From positions 1-50,260 of the forward strand of contig JARLIE010000236.1 of the NCBI GenBank assembly GCA_031291875.1: DNA of 50,260 nt, written 5' to 3'. This DNA is from Minisyncoccota bacterium (lineage in GTDB: Bacteria > Patescibacteriota > Minisyncoccia > Phycocordibacterales > UBA2100). Position 1 is the first letter of the stretch, and every line of letters starts with the position of its first letter. Shown here piece by piece: positions 7,874 through 16,366 of the stretch. The position numbers were made by a program, and so were the translations under genes. The notes under the pieces were generated by a model. It was not told where the DNA came from and did not search any database. It saw only the letters and a program-made list of their open reading frames with translations.

Positions 7874-8350
7874 ATGGCAACTCTCGACCAACTAAAGCGT
7901 CCTTCGAGTCTTAAGCGCCCGTACCGCCGTGTCGGACGCGGGCAGTCTTCGACGCGAGGCAAGCAATCGGGCCGCGGCGGCAAGGGCCAAACAGCTCGCG
8001 CCGGTCACAAAATTCGCCCGGCACTGCGCGACTTGATCAAGAAAATTCCGAAGCGCCGTGGTTACGGCAAAAACCGAGGTCGTACGCACGTACCGTACCC
8101 GGAGACGATCGCGCTCTCGCTCGCTCGCATCGATGCTCTTTTCGACAACGGCGCGGAGATCACCCGCAAGGTGCTTGTCGAGAAAGGTATTCTTTCGAGA
8201 CGCATGAAAAACGATATCAAGATCGTCGGTACTGGTTCGATCACTAAGAAGGTTTCACTCGTCGGCATTGCTGTCTCGGGTTCTACGAAAGCGGCAATCG
8301 AAAAGGCGGGTGGTTCCATCCGCTCTGTCCCGACTGAGCAGGCCAAGTAA
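7874..8350 (+). CDS. rplO: 50S ribosomal protein L15 (uL15)
   Basis: RVGRG.SS..GK.SGRG.KGQ motif. Directly follows rpsE with no L30 gene between them. Confidence 0.93.
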   Translation: MATLDQLKRPSSLKRPYRRVGRGQSSTRGKQSGRGGKGQTARAGHKIRPALRDLIKKIPKRRGYGKNRGRTHVPYPETIALSLARIDALFDNGAEITRKVLVEKGILSRRMKNDIKIVGTGSITKKVSLVGIAVSGSTKAAIEKAGGSIRSVPTEQAK

Positions 8351-8359
8351 ATACTATCT

Positions 8360-9634
8360 ATGTGGGACGCATTCGTTGAAAAACTTCGGATCGTCGTGGA
8401 AGACCCGACGATTCGCAACCGCATTCTTTTCGTTCTCGGCGCGTTAATCGTGTTTCGATTGCTCGCTGCGATTCCTATGCCCGGCATCAACCAGGCCGAG
8501 CTACAGGCTTTTCTCAGCAACAACCAATTCTTCGGTCTCTTGAGTGTGTTCTCCGGCAGCGGATTCTCGACGCTTTCGATTGTCATGCTTGGTGTGGGCC
8601 CCTACATCACGGCATCAATCGTCATGCAGCTCATGACGGTTCTTATTCCGCCGCTTAAAGAGATGTATCAGGAAGAAGGGGAGGCAGGCCGCGTGCGTTT
8701 CATGCAGTACTCGCGCTACCTCACGGTTCCGCTCGCACTCATTCAGGCTTTTGGTTTCATCCTTCTCTACCAACAAAACGGTGTTCTTGGCGGACTTACC
8801 CCACTTCAATTGCTCACGAGTATTCTCGTCATCTCGGCGGGTTCGATCCTCCTCATGTGGATCGGCGAGCTCATTTCTGAATTCGGTGTCGGCAACGGCG
8901 TTTCACTGATCATCTTCGCCGGTATCGTCGCGCGCATCCCGAGCGGCCTTTCGCAACTTGCGTTCTCGTTCCAGAGCCAGCAGTTGCCGGGCATTCTTTT
9001 GCTGGTTGCCGCTGCTATTGCTATCACCGCAGGCGTTGTCTTTATCACGGAGGCGGAGCGCCCGATTCCCGTCACCTACGCACGCCGCGTTCGCGGCATG
9101 AAGGTCATGGGAGGCGTTTCCACGTACTTGCCGCTTCGTGTGAACCAAGCCGGCGTGATTCCGATCGTCTTCGCGCTTTCGATCTTGCTCTTCCCGCAAA
9201 TGATTGCGACGTTCCTCACACACTCGGGCATTTCATGGCTCGCAGCAGGGGCGCAGCACGTGGTTAACGGCCTCACCAATCAATGGGTCTACGGCTCGCT
9301 CTACTTCTTGCTCGTTGTCATTTTCACGTACTTCTACACCGCAATCACGTTCGAGCCGCACCAGATCGCGAAGAATCTGCAGAAAAACGGTGCGTTCGTT
9401 CCGGGTGTGCGCCCGGGCGCGACTACTACCGAGTATCTCGGCAACATCATCACCCGCATCACGCTCGTTGGCGCGCTTTTCCTCGGCTTCTTGGCTGTCC
9501 TTCCGATCATCGTGCAGGGCTTGACTGGCATTACCGCGATCACTGTCGGCGGTACGGCGCTGCTCATTGCTGTCTCCGTAGTGCTTGATGTCGTCAAGAA
9601 AGTTGACGCGCAGACCTCGATACGCGAGTATTAA
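8360..9634 (+). CDS. secY: Preprotein translocase subunit SecY
   Basis: 10-TM profile, GINQAE..., ...SIVMLGVGPYITASIVMQL motif, operon position. Confidence 0.95.
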   Translation: MWDAFVEKLRIVVEDPTIRNRILFVLGALIVFRLLAAIPMPGINQAELQAFLSNNQFFGLLSVFSGSGFSTLSIVMLGVGPYITASIVMQLMTVLIPPLKEMYQEEGEAGRVRFMQYSRYLTVPLALIQAFGFILLYQQNGVLGGLTPLQLLTSILVISAGSILLMWIGELISEFGVGNGVSLIIFAGIVARIPSGLSQLAFSFQSQQLPGILLLVAAAIAITAGVVFITEAERPIPVTYARRVRGMKVMGGVSTYLPLRVNQAGVIPIVFALSILLFPQMIATFLTHSGISWLAAGAQHVVNGLTNQWVYGSLYFLLVVIFTYFYTAITFEPHQIAKNLQKNGAFVPGVRPGATTTEYLGNIITRITLVGALFLGFLAVLPIIVQGLTGITAITVGGTALLIAVSVVLDVVKKVDAQTSIREY

Positions 9635-9638
9635 TCCA

Positions 9639-10202
9639 ATGAAAAAAGCGATCATTACGATCGCGGGGTCGCTCGGCTCCGGCAAATCCTCAACAGCTAA
9701 GGCTGTCGCGGCGACGCTCGGGTACAAACACTTTTCTTCCGGCGATCTTTTTCGAAAGATAGCGGCCGAGCGAGGACTTTCGGTGGAAGAAATGAATATC
9801 ACGGCGGAAATCCAACGCGATATCGATCATCAGGTCGACGCACTTCTACAGGACATGAACACCAGCGACGATCGACTTGTGATCGACTCGCGCATGGCCT
9901 GGCATTGGATGCCGGATTCATTCAAGGTTTTCTTAACGCTGGATTCCGAGACGGCTGCGACAAGAGTTTTCGCGCAAATCCAAAGCGGCGGAAGGGTAAG
10001 CGAGCATGGAGAGTCGCTCAAGGAAGTGCGGTCTTCGATCGAACGACGACTCGCCAGCGAACAGAAGCGCTACTTTGATTTGTATGGCGTTGATCCTCGC
10101 AATCCGAGCAACTTTGACCTAGTCATCGACACCAAGGAGAACGATTTAAAAACAGTCGTTGCGACGGTGCTGCAGGCGTACGAGCAATGGCGAAGCGCAT
10201 AA
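9639..10202 (+). CDS. Cytidylate-kinase-like P-loop kinase
   Basis: IITIAGSLGSGKSSTAK P-loop and ...GYKHFSSGDLFR. ATG at 9639 inside ORF 9585. Confidence 0.7.
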   Translation: MKKAIITIAGSLGSGKSSTAKAVAATLGYKHFSSGDLFRKIAAERGLSVEEMNITAEIQRDIDHQVDALLQDMNTSDDRLVIDSRMAWHWMPDSFKVFLTLDSETAATRVFAQIQSGGRVSEHGESLKEVRSSIERRLASEQKRYFDLYGVDPRNPSNFDLVIDTKENDLKTVVATVLQAYEQWRSA

Positions 10203-10224
10203 AAACAGCTATACTCTGAGCACT

Positions 10225-10812
10225 ATGGATCCGATCACCGTACTTTTCTTCGGCTCGCAAGGGGTGGGTAAAGGGACGCAGGTTAAAATGCTCCTCGAAT
10301 TCTTGAAATCAAAGTCCGATCGAGGCGTCATTCATATAGACATGGGACAGGAATTGCGCAATTTGCGCGACAGCGGCACCTATGCGGGCAAATACACCGG
10401 TACGGTTATCGACGCAGGGGAGCGCATGCCGGATTTCATGCCGATCTATCTGCAAAGCAAAAAAGTAGTCGACAATCTCACCGGCTCGGAGCACATCGTT
10501 GCCGACGGACTTGCGCGCGGTGCCGACCAGACACGCGCGTTCGACGACATGATGCGTTTCTTCAAGCGTGATAACTTTCAGGTCATTAGCTTAGTCGTCG
10601 ATGACGAGGTTGCGGTGAAGCGTCTTTTGGCGCGAGGTCGCAATGATGATACCGAAGAGGCAATCCGCCGTCGCCTCGCGTGGACAAAAACGGATGTATT
10701 GCCGCAATTGGAGCTCTTGAAGAGCCGCGGACGCACGATTCATGAGATCGACGGCGCGCCGGACGTCGATTCAATCCACCGAAACATTTTGACCACACTA
10801 CACCTCGCATGA
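10225..10812 (+). CDS. adk: Adenylate kinase, short-LID type
   Basis: FFGSQGVGKGTQ P-loop and short LID RGRNDD. Position between secY and map. Confidence 0.85.
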   Translation: MDPITVLFFGSQGVGKGTQVKMLLEFLKSKSDRGVIHIDMGQELRNLRDSGTYAGKYTGTVIDAGERMPDFMPIYLQSKKVVDNLTGSEHIVADGLARGADQTRAFDDMMRFFKRDNFQVISLVVDDEVAVKRLLARGRNDDTEEAIRRRLAWTKTDVLPQLELLKSRGRTIHEIDGAPDVDSIHRNILTTLHLA

Positions 10813-11579
10813 TCGCAAGCACCAAAGAACAAAGAGACATTCTCAGGGAAGGCGGAAGACGCCTCGCGCGACACGTGCGCATGCTTGCCGAGATGACGGT
10901 GCCGGGGATCACGTCGCATGCGCTCGAGGAGCGCGCGCTCGAAATGGTTGCGAAAGACGGCGATAAACCAGCCTTTTTGGGGCACAAAGAAAGACGCGAC
11001 AAGGTCGGGTATCCGGCTGCATTGTGTCTTTCCGTCAACGACGTAATCGTGCATTCACCGGCGAGTCAGAACAACGTCGTCATCCAAGAGGGGGATATTG
11101 TTTGCCTCGATTTCGGAATTTTGCACAAGGGACTCTATACGGACCACGCGGTCACGATGATCGTCGGACGGTCCAAATCTCCCGAAGACGAAAAGCTTTT
11201 GAAAGGTACAAAGGAAGCGATGAATGCAGGTATTGCGCAGGCAAAAGTGGGCAATACGACGGGCGACATCGGGTACGCGGTGGAACTCATCGCCGATAAA
11301 TACGAATTCGGCTATCCGAAAAATCTTTCCGGTCACGGTGTTGGCAAAGAGGTCCATGAAGAGCCGTACGTTCCCAATTTCGGCGAGCCAGGCGAAGGCA
11401 CCCTGCTTGTCGAGAATATGGTTATCGCGATCGAGCCGATGATGACCCTCGGCAGTGGTGATTTGTATATCGACAAAGACGGCTACTCCTATCGCACCAA
11501 AGACGGTAGTAATACAGCCCATTTCGAACACACGGTTTTGATTACGAAAGACGGTCCTGTGATTTTGACCAAAGAATAA
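10809..11579 (+). CDS. map: Type I methionine aminopeptidase
   Basis: ...VCLDFG......D.A.T......GHG.G...HE... metal-ligand pattern. ATGA overlap with adk. Confidence 0.93.
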   Translation: MIASTKEQRDILREGGRRLARHVRMLAEMTVPGITSHALEERALEMVAKDGDKPAFLGHKERRDKVGYPAALCLSVNDVIVHSPASQNNVVIQEGDIVCLDFGILHKGLYTDHAVTMIVGRSKSPEDEKLLKGTKEAMNAGIAQAKVGNTTGDIGYAVELIADKYEFGYPKNLSGHGVGKEVHEEPYVPNFGEPGEGTLLVENMVIAIEPMMTLGSGDLYIDKDGYSYRTKDGSNTAHFEHTVLITKDGPVILTKE

Positions 11580-11605
11580 CTGAAGCCAGCGTGTTTTCGT
11601 GGCTA

Positions 11606-11974
11606 CTATACGACCGATTTATCGGAACGCTTCCGCAGTTCTTGATAAATCGATAGTAGTACTATGCAAAGCGGCACGAGTATAAGGAGCTGCCAGATCG
11701 CGTACGGTCTCGATCTAACGCGAATATCTTCAAATTCGTAGGTAACTTCTTTCGAAGCGTTACTCTTTGTACGAATGAGTAGGGCGTAGATCAAGAGAGG
11801 AATGTAGTTAACACCGATCAGAATGAGGTACCAGCCCATCAGCGTGCCGCTTCGCATCAACGAGAGGACGCCGAGTCCAAAGAGGCCGATGACGCCGAGC
11901 GCGAACTCCGAGATGATGAAAGTCGGACCATGCAAGGCAATATCCAGAGCCGCGAGTTTTCTAATGCGAATCAT
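11606..11974 (-). CDS. Hypothetical integral membrane protein (3-4 TM), lower GC
   Basis: Hydrophobic segments throughout. Only long ORF in this stretch. Confidence 0.6.
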   Translation of the reverse strand: MIRIRKLAALDIALHGPTFIISEFALGVIGLFGLGVLSLMRSGTLMGWYLILIGVNYIPLLIYALLIRTKSNASKEVTYEFEDIRVRSRPYAIWQLLILVPLCIVLLSIYQELRKRSDKSVV

Positions 11975-12023
11975 GAGGAAAGTATAGCAATAGACGTGTT
12001 TTTTCGTGCGTTATACTTAGCGC

Positions 12024-14804
12024 ATGCCTCCATCGACCATGGAGCGGCCGCGCGTCGCCGCTCAGGAGAAATTCAAATCACCCGAAGAAGAATTAAAGTA
12101 TTTGCGGGAGCGTATCGCGGAAAAGGAACGTGAGCTTGAGGCCGCACCGAATCGTTTTGAAAAAGATCGCATCGCGAAGCGTGAAATCGCACAGTACGCA
12201 GAGCTGACTCCGGCAAAAATTCTCCACGAAGCAGTCGTCATGCCCGAGCACGATATTTTGCGCAACGTACTCAAGCTCGAACCTGAAGCGCATGACTCCC
12301 AAATCGACGGTCTTTTGAAGATTGTGCAGGAGCAGGGTATTCGCAACGCGCTCTCCGTTGTCGCGCGCATGAGAAATCCTCACCTTGAGGACGATCTGCA
12401 CCGCGTGTTGGTGAGGTATATCGCCGAAGGATTGCCCGATAAAGGGCTTGGTGTACCCGAAAAGGTCAAACGGGCGCTACATTTGGCTCTTTTTGAGATC
12501 GAGCCACAGGCGCATGGTGAGGGTAGTAAAGAAGAGGCGAGGCAGCAAAAGCTAGAGCTCGTACTTTCTTCTTCGGAGCAATTGTATGCGGGTTTGATGT
12601 CATTAACCTCGGAGAACGAAGGGTTTTCCCTCGAGATAGCGGTTCCGGAAGGCAGCGAAGAAGCGACGCTCTACTTGGCCGTGCCGGGTGAAAAGCGCAC
12701 GCTCGCTGAACGGCTCATTTCTTCTGTGTTCCCAAACGCAAGGATTTCAGAGCAGCGAGGGGATTACAATATTTTCAATTACGAAGGCGATCATGCGGCG
12801 GCGTATGCGCTGCTTGCGGAACACCCGGCATTCCCACTCAAGACGCCGGATTTGTTCGAACACGACCCGATGAATGTTTTACTTGCCGCGTTCTCAAAAA
12901 TCGCCAAGCATGGCGAGGGTGCCGCGATGCAGATTATCGTCGGGAACGAGGGTGATCGCTACAATCATCACTACAAAAAAATGATTCGCGAGCTCGAAAA
13001 GGGAAAGCCGGTGCATGACGCATTGCACATACCGGAGACGGTGCTCGGCGAAGTTGCGCACGAGACGTTCAAGTCACTCTTCGCTTCTAAAACGCAGGAA
13101 GAGCTGGATCGCGAGGCTCGACGCGGCGCCGACCAGGTTGCTGTCGAAGAGATCGGTCGCAAGGTCAAATCCCGTATAACACCTTCCATCATCCGTCTCG
13201 TTACCTCGGCTCCGACCAAAGCACGTGCCAAGGATTTGCTTTCAAATCTGATTGCACCTTTCAGTCAATACGACGATCCCAAAGGCAACCACCTCAAATT
13301 TAAGGAGGTCGGGAGTTGGGGCCTCGCTCAATTTTTGCGCGAGTACACCTATCGCGAATTTGTCGATTCGTACGCAATGCCCCTTTCGCTGGGCGAGATC
13401 ACCTCGATTTTCCACTTCACTGCCGAACGCGTGACCACTTCGCGCGAATTGAAGCGAAGCTTTGCGAAGCAGGCAGCCGCGCCCGTTGAAATGTCGCAAG
13501 AGGGGATTACGATCGGTATCAATCGCTATGGCGCGACGGAAACGCCTGTTAAATTCGCCGCTGCAGATCGTTTGCGCCACTGCTACGTGATCGGGCAAAC
13601 CGGTACCGGTAAAACAGGACTCATCAAAAATATGATCCTGCAGGATATTAAAAACGGCGACGGTGTCGCGTTTATCGATCCGCACGGCAACGATATCGAA
13701 GACATCCTTGCGAGCATCCCTCCGGAGCGTGCAGCCGATGTGATCTACTTCGACCCTGCGCACACGGAGAGCCCGATGGGACTCAATATGCTCGAGTACG
13801 ACCGTTCGCGGCCGGAAATGAAAACGTTCGTTATCGACGAAGTGTACGGGATTTTCCGCAAATTGTATGCGGATGTGCCGGAGGCGTTCGGACCAATGTT
13901 CGAGCAATACTATCGCAATGCCGTGCAGCTTGTTGTCGAAGATCCGGATACAGGCAGCACCTTCGTTGAGATTCCGCGTGTGTTCGCCGATCCCGCATTC
14001 CGCAACCTAAAACTCTCTCGCTGCAACAACCCGATTATCGTGCAGTTCTGGCGCAAAATTGCCGAGCAGGCGCAAGGTGATCCCTCACTGGAGAACGTTG
14101 CGCCCTACATCACTTCGAAGTTCGATGTCTTTCTCGCCAACGACATTATGCGACCGATCGTCTCGCAAGAGCACTCGGCCTTTAATTTCCGCGAGATTCT
14201 CGACAATAAGAAGATCTTTCTCGCCAATCTTTCCAAAGGCCGCCTTGGCGATCGTAACACAGCGCTCTTAGGGCTCGTGTTGGTCTCGAAATTCCTGCAA
14301 GCGGCGTTTTCTCGCGTCGATTCGCGCGGTGATTTACCCACGTTCTATCTCTATATCGATGAATTCCAGAACTTCGCGACGCCGTCTATCGCCACCATTC
14401 TCTCCGAAGCTCGCAAATACAAGCTTTCGCTCACGGTTGCGCACCAATTTATCGCACAGCTCGAAGAAGAGATTCGTGATGCAGTGATTGGCAACGTAGG
14501 AACCAAGATATCAATGCGTATTGGCACCACCGATGCCGAGTTTTTGGAGAAACAATTCGCACCGGTTTTCTCGGCACAAGATTTGGAGAATTTGCCCAAC
14601 AGAACGGGCGTCGCGGCCCTGCTAGTAAACGGCGTGCCTGCACGACCGTTTACTATCCAGACGATGAACCTACCACAATTCGACTACTCGCGCGTCGACG
14701 CGCTCAAGCAGCTTTCATACTCGACCTACGGTCGTCCGCGTGAAGAGATCGAAGCAGAAATCCGCAGGAAATTCGGCCAACCTTCGCGTCCTGTAGTGGA
14801 CTGA
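12024..14804 (+). CDS. VirD4/TraD-family (type IV coupling protein-like) P-loop NTPase with an uncharacterised N-terminal region of about 490 aa and no TM segment
   Basis: Walker A GQTGTGKTG, FIDPHGNDIEDIL (TraD-like IDPKGD), Walker B YLYIDEFQNF, ...LTVAHQFIAQL (TraG-D_C-like QxxxQL). TATACT box 6 nt upstream of the ATG. Confidence 0.75.
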   Translation: MPPSTMERPRVAAQEKFKSPEEELKYLRERIAEKERELEAAPNRFEKDRIAKREIAQYAELTPAKILHEAVVMPEHDILRNVLKLEPEAHDSQIDGLLKIVQEQGIRNALSVVARMRNPHLEDDLHRVLVRYIAEGLPDKGLGVPEKVKRALHLALFEIEPQAHGEGSKEEARQQKLELVLSSSEQLYAGLMSLTSENEGFSLEIAVPEGSEEATLYLAVPGEKRTLAERLISSVFPNARISEQRGDYNIFNYEGDHAAAYALLAEHPAFPLKTPDLFEHDPMNVLLAAFSKIAKHGEGAAMQIIVGNEGDRYNHHYKKMIRELEKGKPVHDALHIPETVLGEVAHETFKSLFASKTQEELDREARRGADQVAVEEIGRKVKSRITPSIIRLVTSAPTKARAKDLLSNLIAPFSQYDDPKGNHLKFKEVGSWGLAQFLREYTYREFVDSYAMPLSLGEITSIFHFTAERVTTSRELKRSFAKQAAAPVEMSQEGITIGINRYGATETPVKFAAADRLRHCYVIGQTGTGKTGLIKNMILQDIKNGDGVAFIDPHGNDIEDILASIPPERAADVIYFDPAHTESPMGLNMLEYDRSRPEMKTFVIDEVYGIFRKLYADVPEAFGPMFEQYYRNAVQLVVEDPDTGSTFVEIPRVFADPAFRNLKLSRCNNPIIVQFWRKIAEQAQGDPSLENVAPYITSKFDVFLANDIMRPIVSQEHSAFNFREILDNKKIFLANLSKGRLGDRNTALLGLVLVSKFLQAAFSRVDSRGDLPTFYLYIDEFQNFATPSIATILSEARKYKLSLTVAHQFIAQLEEEIRDAVIGNVGTKISMRIGTTDAEFLEKQFAPVFSAQDLENLPNRTGVAALLVNGVPARPFTIQTMNLPQFDYSRVDALKQLSYSTYGRPREEIEAEIRRKFGQPSRPVVD

Positions 14805-14871
14805 GATTTGAATGCTGTGCCGTCTCGGTAGGCGAGATACTCCAAAAAACGCGTTGTGGTACTATAGGGGC

Positions 14872-15264
14872 ATGAAACCGGTAATTGCCTCGGTTTTCGC
14901 GCTAACCTTAAGCGCTTTTCCCGCACTAACCTTCGCTCAGAGCTGGCAAACAGTGGGGCAACTTACAGCAATCGCCGCCTCGCTTGAGGCGCGACAAAAC
15001 TCCATTTCTACTGGCGAGCCGCTTGCGTGCGCGGCGCTTTTTAGCACCACCAGTACCAAGGTTGGGCAGCAAGTCTCGCTCGCCTGGGGCTCGGTCGGGG
15101 CCGTCGACCCGCTTACAAGCAGCTCGAGTGTTTCGATGTGGCCGCAGCAGGGGTTTTCGACACTTTCGTTTACGAAGGTGGGGACCTGGACCTATTACTT
15201 TACCTTCTACAACAACAATGCTGCGAGCACGACCTGTTCGGCCAAGATCGCGGTGACCAAATGA
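14872..15264 (+). CDS. Small secreted protein (signal peptide, beta-rich)
   Basis: MKPVIASVFALTLSAFPALTFAQS signal peptide. TGgTACTAT box 6 nt upstream of the ATG at 14872. Confidence 0.65.
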   Translation: MKPVIASVFALTLSAFPALTFAQSWQTVGQLTAIAASLEARQNSISTGEPLACAALFSTTSTKVGQQVSLAWGSVGAVDPLTSSSSVSMWPQQGFSTLSFTKVGTWTYYFTFYNNNAASTTCSAKIAVTK

Positions 15265-15296
15265 CACGACAGTAGTTTTGTAGTACAATCCCGCCC

Positions 15297-15815
15297 ATGG
15301 CACACCCTTCAAAAGAGCTCACGCTCGTCGTATTCAAGCCGGATGCTGTTCAGCGCGGCATTATCGGTGAAATCACTGCTCGATTCGAGCGAGCGGGCCT
15401 TAAGATCGTCGGTGCAAAAATGCTCCAACCATCAGCCGATCACTACTATCATCACTACGAAACTATCGGAAAATTGATTTCACGCCGCGGGCAAAAAGCC
15501 TTCGATTCGATCGCCAATTTTATGCAATCCGGTCCTGTGATCGCCCTGGTGCTCGAAGGTGTCGAAGCGGTGGGACTTGTTCGCAAACTGACCGGCGCCA
15601 CAGAGCCGAAAGCGGCGTTACCCGGCACGATCCGCGGCGACTATGCGCATACCAGCTTTGCGCACGCTGATAAGTTTGACGTAGGCGTTCCCAACTTGAT
15701 CCACGCATCCTCCGATCCTGAGGAGGCAAAGGCCGAGATCGCGCACTGGTTCTCAGAGTCCGAGATCTTCGATTACGAAACCGCGCACGACAAGTTCACT
15801 CAACCGCTGAAATAA
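15297..15815 (+). CDS. ndk: Nucleoside-diphosphate kinase (long form, 172 aa)
   Basis: ELTLVVFKPDAVQRG..GEI..RFE..GLKIVG.KM and ...HASD motif. Confidence 0.9.
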   Translation: MAHPSKELTLVVFKPDAVQRGIIGEITARFERAGLKIVGAKMLQPSADHYYHHYETIGKLISRRGQKAFDSIANFMQSGPVIALVLEGVEAVGLVRKLTGATEPKAALPGTIRGDYAHTSFAHADKFDVGVPNLIHASSDPEEAKAEIAHWFSESEIFDYETAHDKFTQPLK

Positions 15816-15818
15816 GCA

Positions 15819-16109
15819 ATGCAATATCTTCATCAATCGACCTACGGCCACGCTGGTGGATTCCACACCGCAAAGCCGATCATGGCGATCCACGATGGAC
15901 ATATGTACGACATGAAGGGAGGTCGGCCTGATCTCTCGAAGCCTTTATATCGCATTGATAACGGCAAGGCGTACGCGACAGCCTTTCATCCCGACGGCGC
16001 TTCACCCCACGCGATGTTCGAAATAAAGGGGGATAAGGTGCATACGACGCAATATCACCCGGCCCACAACCCCACTTCGCACGTGTTCGAGATACATCCG
16101 GGCGCTTAG
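15819..16109 (+). CDS. Hypothetical His-rich 96-aa protein with short internal repeats
   Basis: ORF starts 3 nt after the ndk stop. Repeated (I/F)x(I/D)xxGxxxH/Y units. No SD seen. Confidence 0.45.
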   Translation: MQYLHQSTYGHAGGFHTAKPIMAIHDGHMYDMKGGRPDLSKPLYRIDNGKAYATAFHPDGASPHAMFEIKGDKVHTTQYHPAHNPTSHVFEIHPGA

Positions 16110-16196
16110 ATTCATTTCGAATTCACAAAAGCAGTCCAACACAAAACGCACAAACGGCGCTAGTTCCCAAAAAAATGAGAGGTGTATACTTTATGC

Positions 16197-16349
16197 AGCG
16201 GCCGGTACTTAAACCTGCTTGGTTCAAGTAAGGGAGCCCTATATCTTTGCGGACTATGCGTTCGCATTTGCGGGCACCCACCTGGTCTCTAAGCCCAGGC
16301 TTGCCGTACCTGCCGCGCGCAAAAAATCCCTCCTCGTGAGGGATTTTTT
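16197..16349 (+). ncRNA. Candidate structured small RNA or 5' attenuator (promoter plus closing stem plus intrinsic terminator)
   Basis: TATACT at 16185-90. The 5' GCGGCCGGUAC pairs with GUACCUGCCGC (10 of 11 positions) near 16306-16316. Internal hairpins. Terminator TCCCTC/GAGGGA plus T6 at 16327-16349. Confidence 0.3.
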
Positions 16350-16366
16350 GCTGGTACACTTGCCCC

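Noticed and set aside
13242-13907. 221-aa minus-strand ORF inside the VirD4-like gene
   Set aside because: It is antisense to the Walker A/B-containing region of a 926-aa continuous ORF. No start signals were seen.
16197-16320. Identification of the 16.2-kb RNA candidate as SRP (4.5S) RNA or 6S RNA
   Set aside because: I could not find the conserved SRP domain IV motif (GGAA/GNRA tetraloop flanked by AGCA and the symmetric loop) on either strand. A 6S-like rod is possible but unproven, so the RNA is left unnamed.
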